Assembly: GCA_027365105.1 (NCBI GenBank)
Contig: DAHXNZ010000001.1
Span: 35,290-99,289, forward strand
Length of the DNA stretch: 64,000 nt
Source: Thermoplasmata archaeon
Lineage (GTDB): Archaea > Thermoplasmatota > Thermoplasmata > Lutacidiplasmatales > UBA184
Reading direction: 5' to 3'
The position numbers and the translations under genes were made by a program. The notes beneath the pieces were generated by a model, which saw only the letters and a program-made list of their open reading frames with translations, was not told the DNA's origin and did not search any database. Below are positions 1-9,873 of this stretch, in pieces (the stretch's first letter is position 1; every line of letters begins with the position of its first letter).

Positions 1-867
1 GGCCCGGGCGACGTGGTCGGCCACGCGATGATCGACGACCCTCGGGTCCGGACCGTCTCCTTCACGGGCGGGGTCGACACCGGTCGGGAAGTCTACCTTC
101 GGGGCGCGAAGTCGCTCAAGATGGTCCACCTCGAGCTGGGGGGGAAAAACCCGGTGATCCTGCTCGAGGACGCGGCGATCCCGCTCGCGGTGGACGGGGT
201 TCTCTTCGGGGCGTTCGGAACTTCGGGCCAGCGGTGCACGGCGACCAGCCGGCTCATCGTCCATGAGAAGATCTACGACCAGGTCCTGGAGGAACTGGAC
301 CGGCGCCTCGACCACTTCCCGGTCGGCGACCCGCTCGACCCGGCGACCGGCATGGGTCCGGTCGCCAGCGCGAGCCAGGAGCGCCGGATCTTGGACTACA
401 TCGAGATTGGCCGGACGGAAGCCCGGCTCCGGCGCGGGGGCCGAAAGCTCACCGGCGGCCTCTACGACCGGGGGTTCTTCATCGAGCCGACCATCTTCGA
501 GACGGCCCACGGGACCCGCATTTCCAAGGAGGAGATCTTCGGGCCGGTGCTCTCGGTCCTCAAGGTGGGGAGCTACGAGGAGGCGGTCCGGATCGCCAAC
601 GACGTCGACTACGGGCTCTCCTCCGCCCTCTATACACGCGACGTGAACCGGGCGTTCCGGGCGATCCAGGATCTCGAGGCCGGCATCACCTACATCAACG
701 CTCCTACCATCGGGGCCGAAGTCCAGTTGCCGTTCGGGGGAATCAAGCAGACCGGCAACGGCGGCCGGGAGGCCGGGTCCGCGGCCATCGAGGAGTTCAC
801 CGAGATCAAGACGGTCTTCGTTGACTTCTCCGAGCGGCTCCAGAAGGCCCAGATCGACGTGGAGTAG
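1..867 (+). CDS. NAD(P)-dependent aldehyde dehydrogenase, 5'-truncated by the window edge
   Basis: SFTGG, LELGGKNP, GQRCTA (catalytic Cys), EEIFGP and PFGG motifs; frame open from base 1. Confidence 0.95.
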   Translation, partial: GPGDVVGHAMIDDPRVRTVSFTGGVDTGREVYLRGAKSLKMVHLELGGKNPVILLEDAAIPLAVDGVLFGAFGTSGQRCTATSRLIVHEKIYDQVLEELDRRLDHFPVGDPLDPATGMGPVASASQERRILDYIEIGRTEARLRRGGRKLTGGLYDRGFFIEPTIFETAHGTRISKEEIFGPVLSVLKVGSYEEAVRIANDVDYGLSSALYTRDVNRAFRAIQDLEAGITYINAPTIGAEVQLPFGGIKQTGNGGREAGSAAIEEFTEIKTVFVDFSERLQKAQIDVE

Positions 868-870
868 CCG

Positions 871-1086
871 ATGGGGGGGGGCTACCGGGCCTCCGACGAG
901 GCGCTCGAACGCGAGATCGCGACACTCGAGGGCCTCGCCCGCCTCCGGCTGCGACGGTACAACCGGGAGTTCCGCGACCTCGACCGGGACCTCCGGGAGC
1001 TCCGCCGGGAGCGGGCCCGACGCAAGGCCGAGGGCCGGGTCCCCGCGACCGGCTCGAGCGCATCGACCGAAGAGTCGTCGGCCTAA
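871..1086 (+). CDS. small coiled-coil hypothetical protein (71 aa)
   Basis: ATG 3 nt after the ALDH stop; heptad-like charged sequence (ALEREIATLEGLARLRL...DLDRDLRELRRE). Confidence 0.65.
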   Translation: MGGGYRASDEALEREIATLEGLARLRLRRYNREFRDLDRDLRELRRERARRKAEGRVPATGSSASTEESSA

Positions 1087-1487
1087 CCCGCCACCTGCCC
1101 CGGAGGCATGGGCGGTGGCCTTCCCGCCCCCCGTGTGATCACCGAAGGGAGAGGCGGCGGGGGCGTCTCGACCGAGATCGGGCGTTGGAGTTCCCGTCGC
1201 GGCCGACGTCGCCTTCCCGGTGCCCCCGGGTCCCCCGCCGAGCGCGCGGACGGGCTCCCGTCGCGGCGACCGCCGCGCATCCCCGCGCGCCGTGGGCCCC
1301 CCGTACTCCGCATCGGCCGAAGGGTACCCCTTCGGATTCGGGCATCGACGGAGAAGGAGGTGAGCGGGCGATCGATCTTCTCCGATCGCGCCCGGCGCAT
1401 GCTCTCAGCCCGGACCGGTCCCCCTGCCCCCGGCCGGTGGGTCGCCAATCCCTCCGGGAATGGGAAGGGCCGCGCGCGCCGACATCG

Positions 1488-2897
1488 TTACTGGAGCGAA
1501 CGGGCCGGGTTGTCGAAGTTGGTGAGGAGCGTCTGGTTGCGCATTCGCGGACGGGCGATCGGCCGGAGGAAGGGGTCGTCCTCGAGCGCGGGCAGCGTCT
1601 CGTGCAGCGGCACGTCGAGCAGGATCTCCCGGCTCCGGCCGCCTCGGCCCTTGGAGACGATCGTCGCCCGGACGAGGCCCAGCGACTCCAGTTCGGAGAT
1701 GTGGTTGCTGATGCTGCGGGCGTGGAGGGGCTGAAGCCCCAGCCGGACGATCAGCTTGGAGTAGCTCTCGTAGACCTCGCCCGTGAGCACGCTGGTCCTC
1801 CGCTTCTCGTAGGCGAGGAGGATCGCATAGAGGAGGACCTTGCAGTGCTGCGGCAGGGTCCGGCAGCATTCGAGGATCAGGTCCTGTTCGAGCCGGTTCT
1901 TCGCCTTGATGACGTGGTCCTGCGTGATCCGCTTCGCCCGGTCCCGCTCGGCCATCTCGGCCGACAGGCGGAGGAGCGCCAGCGCCCGGCGGGCGTCGCC
2001 GTTCTCGAGCGCGGCGTAGGCGGCGCACCGTTCCACGACCCCCGCGTCGAGCACGTTCTCCCGGAACGCCATCTGGGCCCGGTCCCGCAGGATATCCTGC
2101 AGCTGGAGGGCGTTGTACGGAGGGAAGAGGATCTTCTCCTCGTTGAGTCGGCTGCGGACCCGCGCGTCGAGGCCGTTGGTGAACTTGAGGTCGTTCGAGA
2201 TGCCGACGAGGGCGATCCGGGCCCGTTCGAGCTCGGTATTGAGCTGGCTCAGGGAGTAGAGCACCCCGTCCCCGCTGCGGGCCACGAGCCGGTCGACCTC
2301 GTCCAAAACGAGGACCACCGTGCCGCCCCGGACATCCATGAGCCGCCGCATCGCGAGCTCGACGCGGTCGAGCGCCCAGCCGGTCGGGATCCGGTCCGCC
2401 TCGGCGGCGGCGAACGAGTTGCCGATCGTCTGGAGGAGGCTGTAGGGGGTGTCGATCGTGCCGCAGTTGACGGTCACGAAGGTGATCTGGGCGGCCAGTT
2501 CGCCCCGCCGCTGGATCTCCTGGCGGACCTGGGCGACCACCGCCGTCTTTCCGGTGCCGATCTTCCCGTAGATGAGGAGGTTCGACGGGAGGTCGCCGTG
2601 GAGGGCCGGGGCGAGGATCTCGGCCACGAGCCGGGTCTGCTCCTCCCGATGAGGGAGACGGGCCGGAACGAACGACTCGCGCAGCACCTCGCGGCTTCCC
2701 CGGAACAGTTCGCTCTTCGAGGCCAGGTACGCATCGACGAACTCGGTGGCAGTTCCCGAGGCCGGGGGCGGAGGTGTCGGGGCGGAAGCGTTCGAGGCCG
2801 GAGGGCCCCCGCGCTCGACCGGAGGGGGGAGCCCGTCCGTGGCGCCCCGGCTGGTCTCCCGCTCATCGGCGGGCCGGCCCGCGGAGGCGTCGGGCAT
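1488..2897 (-). CDS. cdc6: Orc1/Cdc6 replication initiator
   Basis: LPHRE, Walker A GKIGTGKT, Walker B LDEVD, FPPY, GDARRAL and C-terminal wHTH (ELESLGLV, GRGGRSR); start ATG 2897 or GTG 2906. Confidence 0.95.
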   Translation of the reverse strand: MPDASAGRPADERETSRGATDGLPPPVERGGPPASNASAPTPPPPASGTATEFVDAYLASKSELFRGSREVLRESFVPARLPHREEQTRLVAEILAPALHGDLPSNLLIYGKIGTGKTAVVAQVRQEIQRRGELAAQITFVTVNCGTIDTPYSLLQTIGNSFAAAEADRIPTGWALDRVELAMRRLMDVRGGTVVLVLDEVDRLVARSGDGVLYSLSQLNTELERARIALVGISNDLKFTNGLDARVRSRLNEEKILFPPYNALQLQDILRDRAQMAFRENVLDAGVVERCAAYAALENGDARRALALLRLSAEMAERDRAKRITQDHVIKAKNRLEQDLILECCRTLPQHCKVLLYAILLAYEKRRTSVLTGEVYESYSKLIVRLGLQPLHARSISNHISELESLGLVRATIVSKGRGGRSREILLDVPLHETLPALEDDPFLRPIARPRMRNQTLLTNFDNPARSLQ

Positions 2898-3042
2898 GGA
2901 GGACACTGCAACAACCTGCCCGGGTCGCGGGCCCCTGTCGCAGGGGGGGTGGCCATATGTAGCTTTTCACTGCGCGACGGCCATAATCGGGCCGTCCGAC
3001 CGAACCGAAGCCATTTGAAGGGGCGACGCGCTCCCGGGGAGA

Positions 3043-3279
3043 ATGTCCGGCTACGGAAGCCCGGCCCGGGCCCATGGAGCCCACCCCAAGACCCCCCTCT
3101 CGGTGCTGTGGATCGTCACCGCGGCCGTCCTGATCGGGATCGGCCTGACGGTGATGTCGTACTTCCTGACCTACATCACCACCACCGCCGACTGGACGCT
3201 GATCCCGGGCGCGGCTCTCCTCGCCGTCGGCTTTTTGATGCTGATGGACCGGCGGGCCGGCCTCGACTCCGGGAGCTAG
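3043..3279 (+). CDS. small 2-TM membrane protein
   Basis: two hydrophobic segments; first gene of the ipk-fni-elp3 run; TTTGAA box about 25 nt upstream. Confidence 0.7.
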   Translation: MSGYGSPARAHGAHPKTPLSVLWIVTAAVLIGIGLTVMSYFLTYITTTADWTLIPGAALLAVGFLMLMDRRAGLDSGS

Positions 3280-3287
3280 GCCTCCGG

Positions 3288-4109
3288 ATGAGCCGACACG
3301 CCCCCCTCAACGGGCCGGGGATCCGGCCGTGGGCGGTCGTCAAACTCGGCGGAAGCGTCCTCACCCGAAAACGGGGGATCGAAGCGCTCCGCCCCAAGAT
3401 CCTGGCCCGGCTGGCCGCCGAAATCGCCCGAGCGAGCGGCCGACCTTTGATCGTGCTCCATGGAGCCGGCTCGTTCGGCCACCCCGGGGCTCGCCGGTTC
3501 GGCCTTGCGGGCCCCCCGGACCCGCGGACCGACCGGCTCCGGGGCGCGGCGATCGTCGGGACCGAAGTCCGTCGGCTTCACCTCGCGGTCCTGCGCGCGC
3601 TGGTGGCGGCGGGCGCGAATCCGGTCTCGGTTCCGATGGCGACCCATACGCTCCAGCGGGAGGGACGCCCGGTCGAAATGGATCTGAAACCGTTCACGAC
3701 CGCCCTGGACCGGGGGGCGATCCCGGTCGGATTCGGCGACGTCGTCCCCGACGAGGCCTGGGGGTTCTCCATCCTCTCGGCCGACACGCTCGCCGTGGCG
3801 CTCGCGACCGAACTGCGTCCGGAGCGGGTCCTCTTCGTGAGCGACGTCCCGGGACTGATTGCGCCGGCCCGCTCGGGCCCGCCGCGGATCTATCCCGAGT
3901 TGTCCGACGCGACCCTCCTCCATCTCCGCCCCGGGGCGAGCGGGATTGACGTCACCGGGGGGATCGCGGGCAAGATTACGGCGATGCAGGCGATTGCACG
4001 GGCCGGGATCGACGCAGGTCTTATTAGCGGGCTCTCGGATGGCCGGCTCGCCCGGGCGCTGGCGGGAGAACGAGTCTATGGGAGCTGGTGGAGCGCCGGA
4101 TCCCGCTGA
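3288..4109 (+). CDS. ipk: isopentenyl phosphate kinase
   Basis: KLGGSVLT, HGAGSFGH, GDVV, DVTGGI motifs in the 3' part of track ORF 1185..4109; ATG at 3288; adjacent to IDI-2. Confidence 0.92.
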   Translation: MSRHAPLNGPGIRPWAVVKLGGSVLTRKRGIEALRPKILARLAAEIARASGRPLIVLHGAGSFGHPGARRFGLAGPPDPRTDRLRGAAIVGTEVRRLHLAVLRALVAAGANPVSVPMATHTLQREGRPVEMDLKPFTTALDRGAIPVGFGDVVPDEAWGFSILSADTLAVALATELRPERVLFVSDVPGLIAPARSGPPRIYPELSDATLLHLRPGASGIDVTGGIAGKITAMQAIARAGIDAGLISGLSDGRLARALAGERVYGSWWSAGSR

Positions 4110-5184
4110 CCCCCCGAACGGGGCCGGGATCGACCTGAGCCACCGGAAGGCCGAGCATGTGAAGCTCGTGCTGGATCGCCCGGTCGAGACCCGCTACCGA
4201 TACTGGAACGACGTGGAGCTGATCCATCACGCCCTGCCCGGCTTCGATTTCGAGGAGGTCGACCCGCGGGTCACCCTCCTGGGCCGGGACCTGGAGGCCC
4301 CCCTGGTGATCACCGGCATGACCGGCGGCTACCCGGGCGCCACCGAGATCAACTCCAACCTGGCTCGGGCCGCGGCCGAACTCGGGATCGCGATGGGGGT
4401 GGGCAGCGAGCGGGCCGCCATCCAGAAGGGGCAGTTCCCTTCGAGCTTCAGTTGTGTCGCAAAGTTCCCGGTGCCCCTCAAGCTCGCCAACGTCGGCGCG
4501 CCCCAGCTCGTCCCCCAGTCGGGTGGAGAGGCGGCCCTCGGACTCCCCGAGGCCCGGTCGGCGATGGACCTCATCGGGGCCCATGCGCTCGCGGTCCACC
4601 TCAACTACCTCCAAGAGATGGTGCAGCCGGAGGGGGACCGGCGGGCCCGCGGCGCGCTCGAGCGGATCGGTGCGCTGGCGGCGGAACTTCCCGTGCTGGT
4701 CAAGGAGACCGGGGCCGGCCTGTCCGCGCGGGTCGCAGAGCCGCTGCGGGACCGGGGGGTCCGGGCCTTCGACGTGAGCGGCACGGGCGGGACCAGCTTC
4801 GCCGCCGTCGAGCACTACCGGGCGCTCGACCGGGGCGCGGCCCGCGAGGCGCGGGTGGGGTTGACGTTCTGGAACTGGGGAATCCCGTCCCCCGTTTCGG
4901 TCCTGGAGGTCGCCCCGCTCGGCCGCCCCGTCATCGCGAGCGGCGGGATCCGTTCCGGCCTCGATATCGCCCGGGCGATCGCCCTCGGCGCGACGGCCGC
5001 CGGCATCGCCGGCGGCGTCCTCCGTGCCGCGGCCACCTCGTTCGAAGCCACCCGGACCGAGATCGCCCAGTGGATTCACGAACTCAAGGTGGCGATGTTC
5101 CTCTGCGGCGCCCGGACCATCCCCGAGCTCCAGCGATCCCGCTACGTTCTTCTCGGGGAGACCCGATCATGGGTCCAGCGCTGA
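4078..5184 (+). CDS. fni: type 2 isopentenyl-diphosphate delta-isomerase
   Basis: RKAEH, ITGMTGG, GVGSER, HLNYLQE, VKETG, GGTSFAAVE, SGGIRSG. Confidence 0.95.
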   Translation: MGAGGAPDPADPPNGAGIDLSHRKAEHVKLVLDRPVETRYRYWNDVELIHHALPGFDFEEVDPRVTLLGRDLEAPLVITGMTGGYPGATEINSNLARAAAELGIAMGVGSERAAIQKGQFPSSFSCVAKFPVPLKLANVGAPQLVPQSGGEAALGLPEARSAMDLIGAHALAVHLNYLQEMVQPEGDRRARGALERIGALAAELPVLVKETGAGLSARVAEPLRDRGVRAFDVSGTGGTSFAAVEHYRALDRGAAREARVGLTFWNWGIPSPVSVLEVAPLGRPVIASGGIRSGLDIARAIALGATAAGIAGGVLRAAATSFEATRTEIAQWIHELKVAMFLCGARTIPELQRSRYVLLGETRSWVQR

Positions 5185-6743
5185 GCCCGGAGACGGGCCG
5201 TCGGAGTCCTGCCGGGGACTCCCTGCACCGGGCCAAGCTGGCCTGGGCGAAGGCGCACGGCGGCGCGGCGCTCCCCTCGAACGTTGAGTTCCTCAACACC
5301 CTGCCCGACGCGGAGCGGGCCCGGTTCTCGGGCGGGGTCTACCGCAAGCCCAGCCGGACCCTTTCCGGACTCGCGGTGGTGGCGGTGATGACCGCGCCCG
5401 CCCCGTGCCCGCACGGACAGTGCAGCTACTGCCCCGGCGGGGTGGCGCTGGGGTCGCCGCAGAGCTACACCGGCGAGGAGCCGTCCGCCCTGCGAGGAGC
5501 CGAGTTCCACTGGGATTCGGAGGCGATCACACGGCACCGGCTCGAGTCGCTCGAGGCGATCGGCCACGCGACGAGCAAGGTCGAGGCGATCGTCATGGGC
5601 GGCACCTTTCCGGCCCGGCCGGTACCCTACATCCGGTCGACCATCCGCGGCATCTACGACGGGCTGAACGGAGTGAAATCCTCGACCCTGTCGGAGGCCC
5701 AGGAGCGCAACGAGACCGCGGCCCGCCGTCTCGTGGGACTCACCGTCGAGACCCGGCCCGACTGGTGTGACGAACGGATTCTGCCGACGCTGCTGGACGC
5801 CGGGGTCACGCGGGTGGAGATCGGAGTGGAGTGCCTGCGTCCCGAGGTCCTGGAACGGACCGGCCGGGCGCACGGCGTCGGCGACGTCGCCCGGGCCACC
5901 CGGGCGGCCCGATCGCAGGGGCTGAAGGTCGCCTACCATCTGATGCTCGGCCTGCCCGGCGCGACCCCGGCCACCGATCTCGAGGACTTCGTTCGGATCA
6001 CCCGGGATCCGGCGTTCGTGCCGGACATGCTCAAGATCTACCCCACGCTGGTCGTCCCGATGACCCGCCTCCATGCCGAATGGGCCCGGGGCGAGTACAC
6101 GCCGTACGATACCGAAACCGCCGTGGCGCTGCTCGCGGAGATGAAGCGTCGGATCCCGCCTTGGATCCGGATCCAGCGGATCCAGCGCGACATCCCCTCC
6201 CGCAACCTCGCCGCCGGGGTCCGCGCGAGCAATCTGCGCGAACGGGTCCGCGACCGGCTCCGCGAGACCGGCGAATACTGCCGCTGCCTGAGGTGCCGGG
6301 AGGTCGGCCGGCGGGCGACCCCCCCGATCTCGGAGTTCGTGATGGTGCGGCAGGGCTACCGCTCGTCCGGCGGCGTCGAACTCCTCCTTTCGTGGGAGGC
6401 CCCCCGGGAGGATGCGGTCGCCGGGTTCCTCCGCCTGCGGATCCCCGACGACGGGGCCGAGAACCCGCTCCCCGCACCGATCATCCGGGAGCTCAAGGTC
6501 CTCGGTGCGGAGGTCCCGGTGGGCCGGGCCGGTGACGGCCCCGGTGACTACCAGCACCACGGCCTGGGCCGACAGCTCGTGGCGGCCGCGGAGGCGGAGG
6601 CCCGGGACCGGGGATTCGACCGGCTCTTCGTGCTGAGCGCCGTGGGCACCCGCCGGTACTACGAGCGACTGGGCTTCGTCCGGGCCGACCCCCACATGGT
6701 GAAAGCCCTTTTCGCGGGACGTAACCCTACCCCGCGCGCGTAG
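5169..6743 (+). CDS. elp3: Elp3 radical-SAM/KAT tRNA wobble-uridine modification enzyme
   Basis: RTLSG..VVAVM, CPHGQCSYCPGG, QSYTGEEP, ETRPD, KIYPTLV, RIQRDIP, QHHGLG, SAVGTRRYY. Confidence 0.95.
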   Translation: MGPALSPETGRRSPAGDSLHRAKLAWAKAHGGAALPSNVEFLNTLPDAERARFSGGVYRKPSRTLSGLAVVAVMTAPAPCPHGQCSYCPGGVALGSPQSYTGEEPSALRGAEFHWDSEAITRHRLESLEAIGHATSKVEAIVMGGTFPARPVPYIRSTIRGIYDGLNGVKSSTLSEAQERNETAARRLVGLTVETRPDWCDERILPTLLDAGVTRVEIGVECLRPEVLERTGRAHGVGDVARATRAARSQGLKVAYHLMLGLPGATPATDLEDFVRITRDPAFVPDMLKIYPTLVVPMTRLHAEWARGEYTPYDTETAVALLAEMKRRIPPWIRIQRIQRDIPSRNLAAGVRASNLRERVRDRLRETGEYCRCLRCREVGRRATPPISEFVMVRQGYRSSGGVELLLSWEAPREDAVAGFLRLRIPDDGAENPLPAPIIRELKVLGAEVPVGRAGDGPGDYQHHGLGRQLVAAAEAEARDRGFDRLFVLSAVGTRRYYERLGFVRADPHMVKALFAGRNPTPRA

Positions 6744-6793
6744 TTTCAGCAAGTTTTATGCCCCCTTCCGACTCGGGCGACTCCGAGTGCACC

Positions 6794-7990
6794 ATGGCCC
6801 GGAACCTGAAGGTTGAACCGCTCCGAACGGTCCATATCGAGAAGCAGGACGTCGAACTCGTCGAACGCAAGGGACTGGGCCACCCCGACTCCATTGCCGA
6901 CGGCGTCTCCGAGTCGGTGAGCCGGGCGCTCTGCCGGATGTACCTTGACGAGTTCGGAAAGATCCTGCACCACAACACCGACGAGACTCAGGTCGTGGGC
7001 GGCGCGTCGGTGCCGAAGTTCGGCGGGGGGCGCGTCACCCAGCCGATCTACGTGCTCCTGGTCGGCCGGGCGACAACCGAGGTCAACGGGGAGAAACTGC
7101 CGTTCCGCTCGGTGGCCATCGAGGCGGCCCAAAAGTACATCGGATCGGTCTGCGCCCACCTGGACGTGGCGAAGCAGGTCGAGTTCGACTGCAAGATCGG
7201 CAGCGGGTCGATCGATCTCCGGGGCGTCTTCGACCAGTCGGCGGTCCTGGCCAACGACACCTCCTTCGGGGTCGGGTTCGCGCCCTTCTCCGAGACCGAA
7301 CGGCTGGTCCTTGAGACCGAGCGGTTCCTCACCTTGAAACTCAAGAAGCGGCTCCCGGCCCTCGGCGAGGACGTCAAGGTCATGGGCTACCGGTCCGGCA
7401 ACGAGATCCGGCTCACCGTCGCCGCCGCGCTCGTCGACTCCGAGATCAAGGATGGCGACGAGTACCAGTCGGTCTGTGAGGAGATCCACGACCGGATCGC
7501 CGACCTTGCTCCGAAGATCACCCCCCGGAAGGTCTCGATCGATGTGAACACCGCCGACGACCCGGAGCTGGGCCGTTACTACCTCACGGTCACCGGCCTC
7601 TCGATGGAGGCGGGCGACGACGGATCGGTCGGCCGCGGAAACCGGGCGAACGGTCTCATCACTCCCTGCCGCCCGATGAGCCTGGAGGCCTCGGCCGGAA
7701 AGAACCCGATCAACCACGTCGGGAAGATCTACAACATCCTCGGCAACCTGATCGCCAACGACATCGTGAAGGAGACCGGGGGCAATGTGAAGGAGGTCCA
7801 TGTCCGGATCCTCTCCCAGATTGGAAAACCGGTCGACGAGCCCCAGGTGGCGAGCCTGCAGATCCTGCCGGCCGATGGCGTGAAGCTCGCTCAGGTCCGG
7901 GCCGACGCGGAAGCGGTCGCCAACGGCTGGTTCGAGAAGATCGACACGATCCCCCAGAAGCTCCTGACCGACAAGATCACGGTCTTCTGA
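6794..7990 (+). CDS. mat: archaeal S-adenosylmethionine synthetase
   Basis: [52 protein letters not shown]; TTTTATG box about 35 nt upstream of ATG 6794. Confidence 0.95.
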   Translation: MARNLKVEPLRTVHIEKQDVELVERKGLGHPDSIADGVSESVSRALCRMYLDEFGKILHHNTDETQVVGGASVPKFGGGRVTQPIYVLLVGRATTEVNGEKLPFRSVAIEAAQKYIGSVCAHLDVAKQVEFDCKIGSGSIDLRGVFDQSAVLANDTSFGVGFAPFSETERLVLETERFLTLKLKKRLPALGEDVKVMGYRSGNEIRLTVAAALVDSEIKDGDEYQSVCEEIHDRIADLAPKITPRKVSIDVNTADDPELGRYYLTVTGLSMEAGDDGSVGRGNRANGLITPCRPMSLEASAGKNPINHVGKIYNILGNLIANDIVKETGGNVKEVHVRILSQIGKPVDEPQVASLQILPADGVKLAQVRADAEAVANGWFEKIDTIPQKLLTDKITVF

Positions 7991-8000
7991 ACCGGGTCGG

Positions 8001-9335
8001 CTACTCGGGCCGGGGCGTCGGGAGCTCCGGCGCCCCGAGGAAGGCGTCGAGGGTGCGCTGGTGTCTCAGCCGGTGCAGGAACTCGCTCGCCCCCAGCCAC
8101 CGGGCGAGCGGGATCTCGAAGCCGGTCCGGACGATCTCGAGGAACTCGGCGATGCTGGCCGCGACGACGGGCCGCTGGCCCAGGGCCGCCCGGACATGCT
8201 CCCGGACGTTCCAGACCCCGAGGGGAAGGATCTCTCCGGGATGGACCTCCCGCAGGACCAGGACCCCGGCTTTCCGACCCATCCGGAGCAGGGCCTCGGA
8301 AGCCGCCAGCCGGGCCGCGTAGTAGCAACCGCCCATCCCGGCGTAGGTGCTCCGGCCCCGATCCCCCTCAAAGTCTCCGAGCAGGAGCACATCCCGGGGG
8401 TTCGGGTTCCAGAGTGTGGCCGGATACCACGCCTCGATCGATTCGTACCGGAACGCCCCGGGCCAGAGGGAGATGATCCAACGGTTGTCGAGCGCGGTCA
8501 ATCGGTAGACCTGGATCTCGTTGATCTCGGGGAGGTCGCGGACCCGTTCCAGATTCGCCTTGGAGAGCAGATCGTCCACGGCCGTGATGCTCCATCGGGT
8601 CGGAACGAGCCGGCGATGGCGGCGCCGGCCCAGGGCCCCGACACTGAAGGCGCGCTGGATTCGGCTCACCCGCACGCCGGCACGATACAGCTCGCCGACC
8701 GCGACCCGGGCCCCGGCATGGATGTCCGAGGCGAGGCGATCCAGTCGGGCGTCCACCCGTCGGACGTCCCACCGTGCCCGGTCGATCGGGGCCGACGGGC
8801 CGTAGGGCGGGGTGGTGTCGGAGAGCGCGATCGTCCCCCGCGGAGGTCGTCGGAAGGTCACGGACGACTCGACCGACTCGCTGGCCAGCGTCAGGAGCTG
8901 GAGCTCCTCCAGGGTGCGGGACGGCTGGGCGGCCTCGGCGACCTTGAGACGGGTGGTCCCGCGGACCAGTCCGGCCCGAAACCCCACGACCTCCCCCACC
9001 GAGCGTCCGACCCACTCCTCCGGGGTATCGTAGAGCATCGTGTCGCCGTGGGTCGGGCTCAGCAGCGGCCCGATGGAGACCGAGGGATATCCGAACCGCC
9101 CGACGAACACGCCCGGAGGCGTGGTTCCCTCGAAATCGCGGTCGGCCGCCCGGACGAGCGTCGAGCGGACCGCTTCGTAGCGCAACAGGAGGGGGCAGAC
9201 CGGCTTCCCGCAGAGCCTCTGGGCCGATCGGCACCGAAGGCACATCATCGGATCCTCCTTGAGCCCCGGAATCGACCAAGCCAGGGCCGGGTGGGACGGG
9301 GCCACGTCCGCCATCGGGGAGTCGAACCGGTCCAT
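8001..9335 (-). CDS. nreA: Nre-family DNA repair protein
   Basis: N-terminal CxxC...CGKPVCP, PPGVFVGRFGYP, LVPTRWSITAVD, GGCYYAARL, GVWNVRE; C-terminal PIP box QRTLDAFL. Confidence 0.9.
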   Translation of the reverse strand: MDRFDSPMADVAPSHPALAWSIPGLKEDPMMCLRCRSAQRLCGKPVCPLLLRYEAVRSTLVRAADRDFEGTTPPGVFVGRFGYPSVSIGPLLSPTHGDTMLYDTPEEWVGRSVGEVVGFRAGLVRGTTRLKVAEAAQPSRTLEELQLLTLASESVESSVTFRRPPRGTIALSDTTPPYGPSAPIDRARWDVRRVDARLDRLASDIHAGARVAVGELYRAGVRVSRIQRAFSVGALGRRRHRRLVPTRWSITAVDDLLSKANLERVRDLPEINEIQVYRLTALDNRWIISLWPGAFRYESIEAWYPATLWNPNPRDVLLLGDFEGDRGRSTYAGMGGCYYAARLAASEALLRMGRKAGVLVLREVHPGEILPLGVWNVREHVRAALGQRPVVAASIAEFLEIVRTGFEIPLARWLGASEFLHRLRHQRTLDAFLGAPELPTPRPE

Positions 9336-9456
9336 CGATCCTCGGCCGGCCGAGCGGCGCGGGAGACTTTAATCGACCGGGGAGGTCGTGGAACACCCCC
9401 GGCGGTCCCGCACGCTCAAATATCGCATCACCGTCCCGCGCCCAGCACACCGCGGT

Positions 9457-9531
9457 GGGACTGTGGGGTAGCTTGGTCCATCCTTCGGGGTTCGGGACTC
9501 CGAGACGCCAGTTCAAATCTGGCCAGTCCCA
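9457..9531 (+). tRNA. tRNA-Pro(CGG)
   Basis: GGGACTG/CAGTCCC-A acceptor stem, anticodon arm CGGGG-TTCGGGA-CTCCG, GTTCAAATC T-loop. Confidence 0.93.
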
Positions 9532-9873
9532 TCGTCCGCCGCCTTCTCTCGGTCCGTTCGCGGGCCTCACCTGGGACTAACGGCGCGGGGCGGGGTCGGG
9601 GACCAACACACCTCTCAGAACGCGCTTCCATTCATTGGTATTCAAACCGACGAAACCGCTCGGGACTTCAACTACGCATGATCACCGGGGAGGATTCCCG
9701 CGCTCAGGTCGCCCCCATGATGCAAGTGTCACGGAATGCAGGTGAAGGGGCGACGGGAATCGAGACCGGAAAGTTGTTGCAGTCGACAGGAACCAGCCGG
9801 AGGCTGCCCAAAGTCCTGAACGACTGCCGCAAACTTTTTACTTCAGTCCAACCATGCCTTCAACCGGCGGCCC

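Noticed and set aside
1087-1487. oriC or RNA gene downstream of cdc6
   Set aside because: Very GC-rich with no AT-rich unwinding element, no repeated ORB boxes, and no SRP or RNase P signature seen.
1185-3287. 5' part of the 974-aa track ORF and the many similar long Arg/Gly/Pro-rich ORFs
   Set aside because: Antisense or off-frame shadows of real genes in high-GC DNA; only 3288..4109 is IPK.
9510-9535. att-site duplication of the tRNA-Pro or tRNA-Ala 3' end
   Set aside because: No second copy found by eye anywhere in the window.
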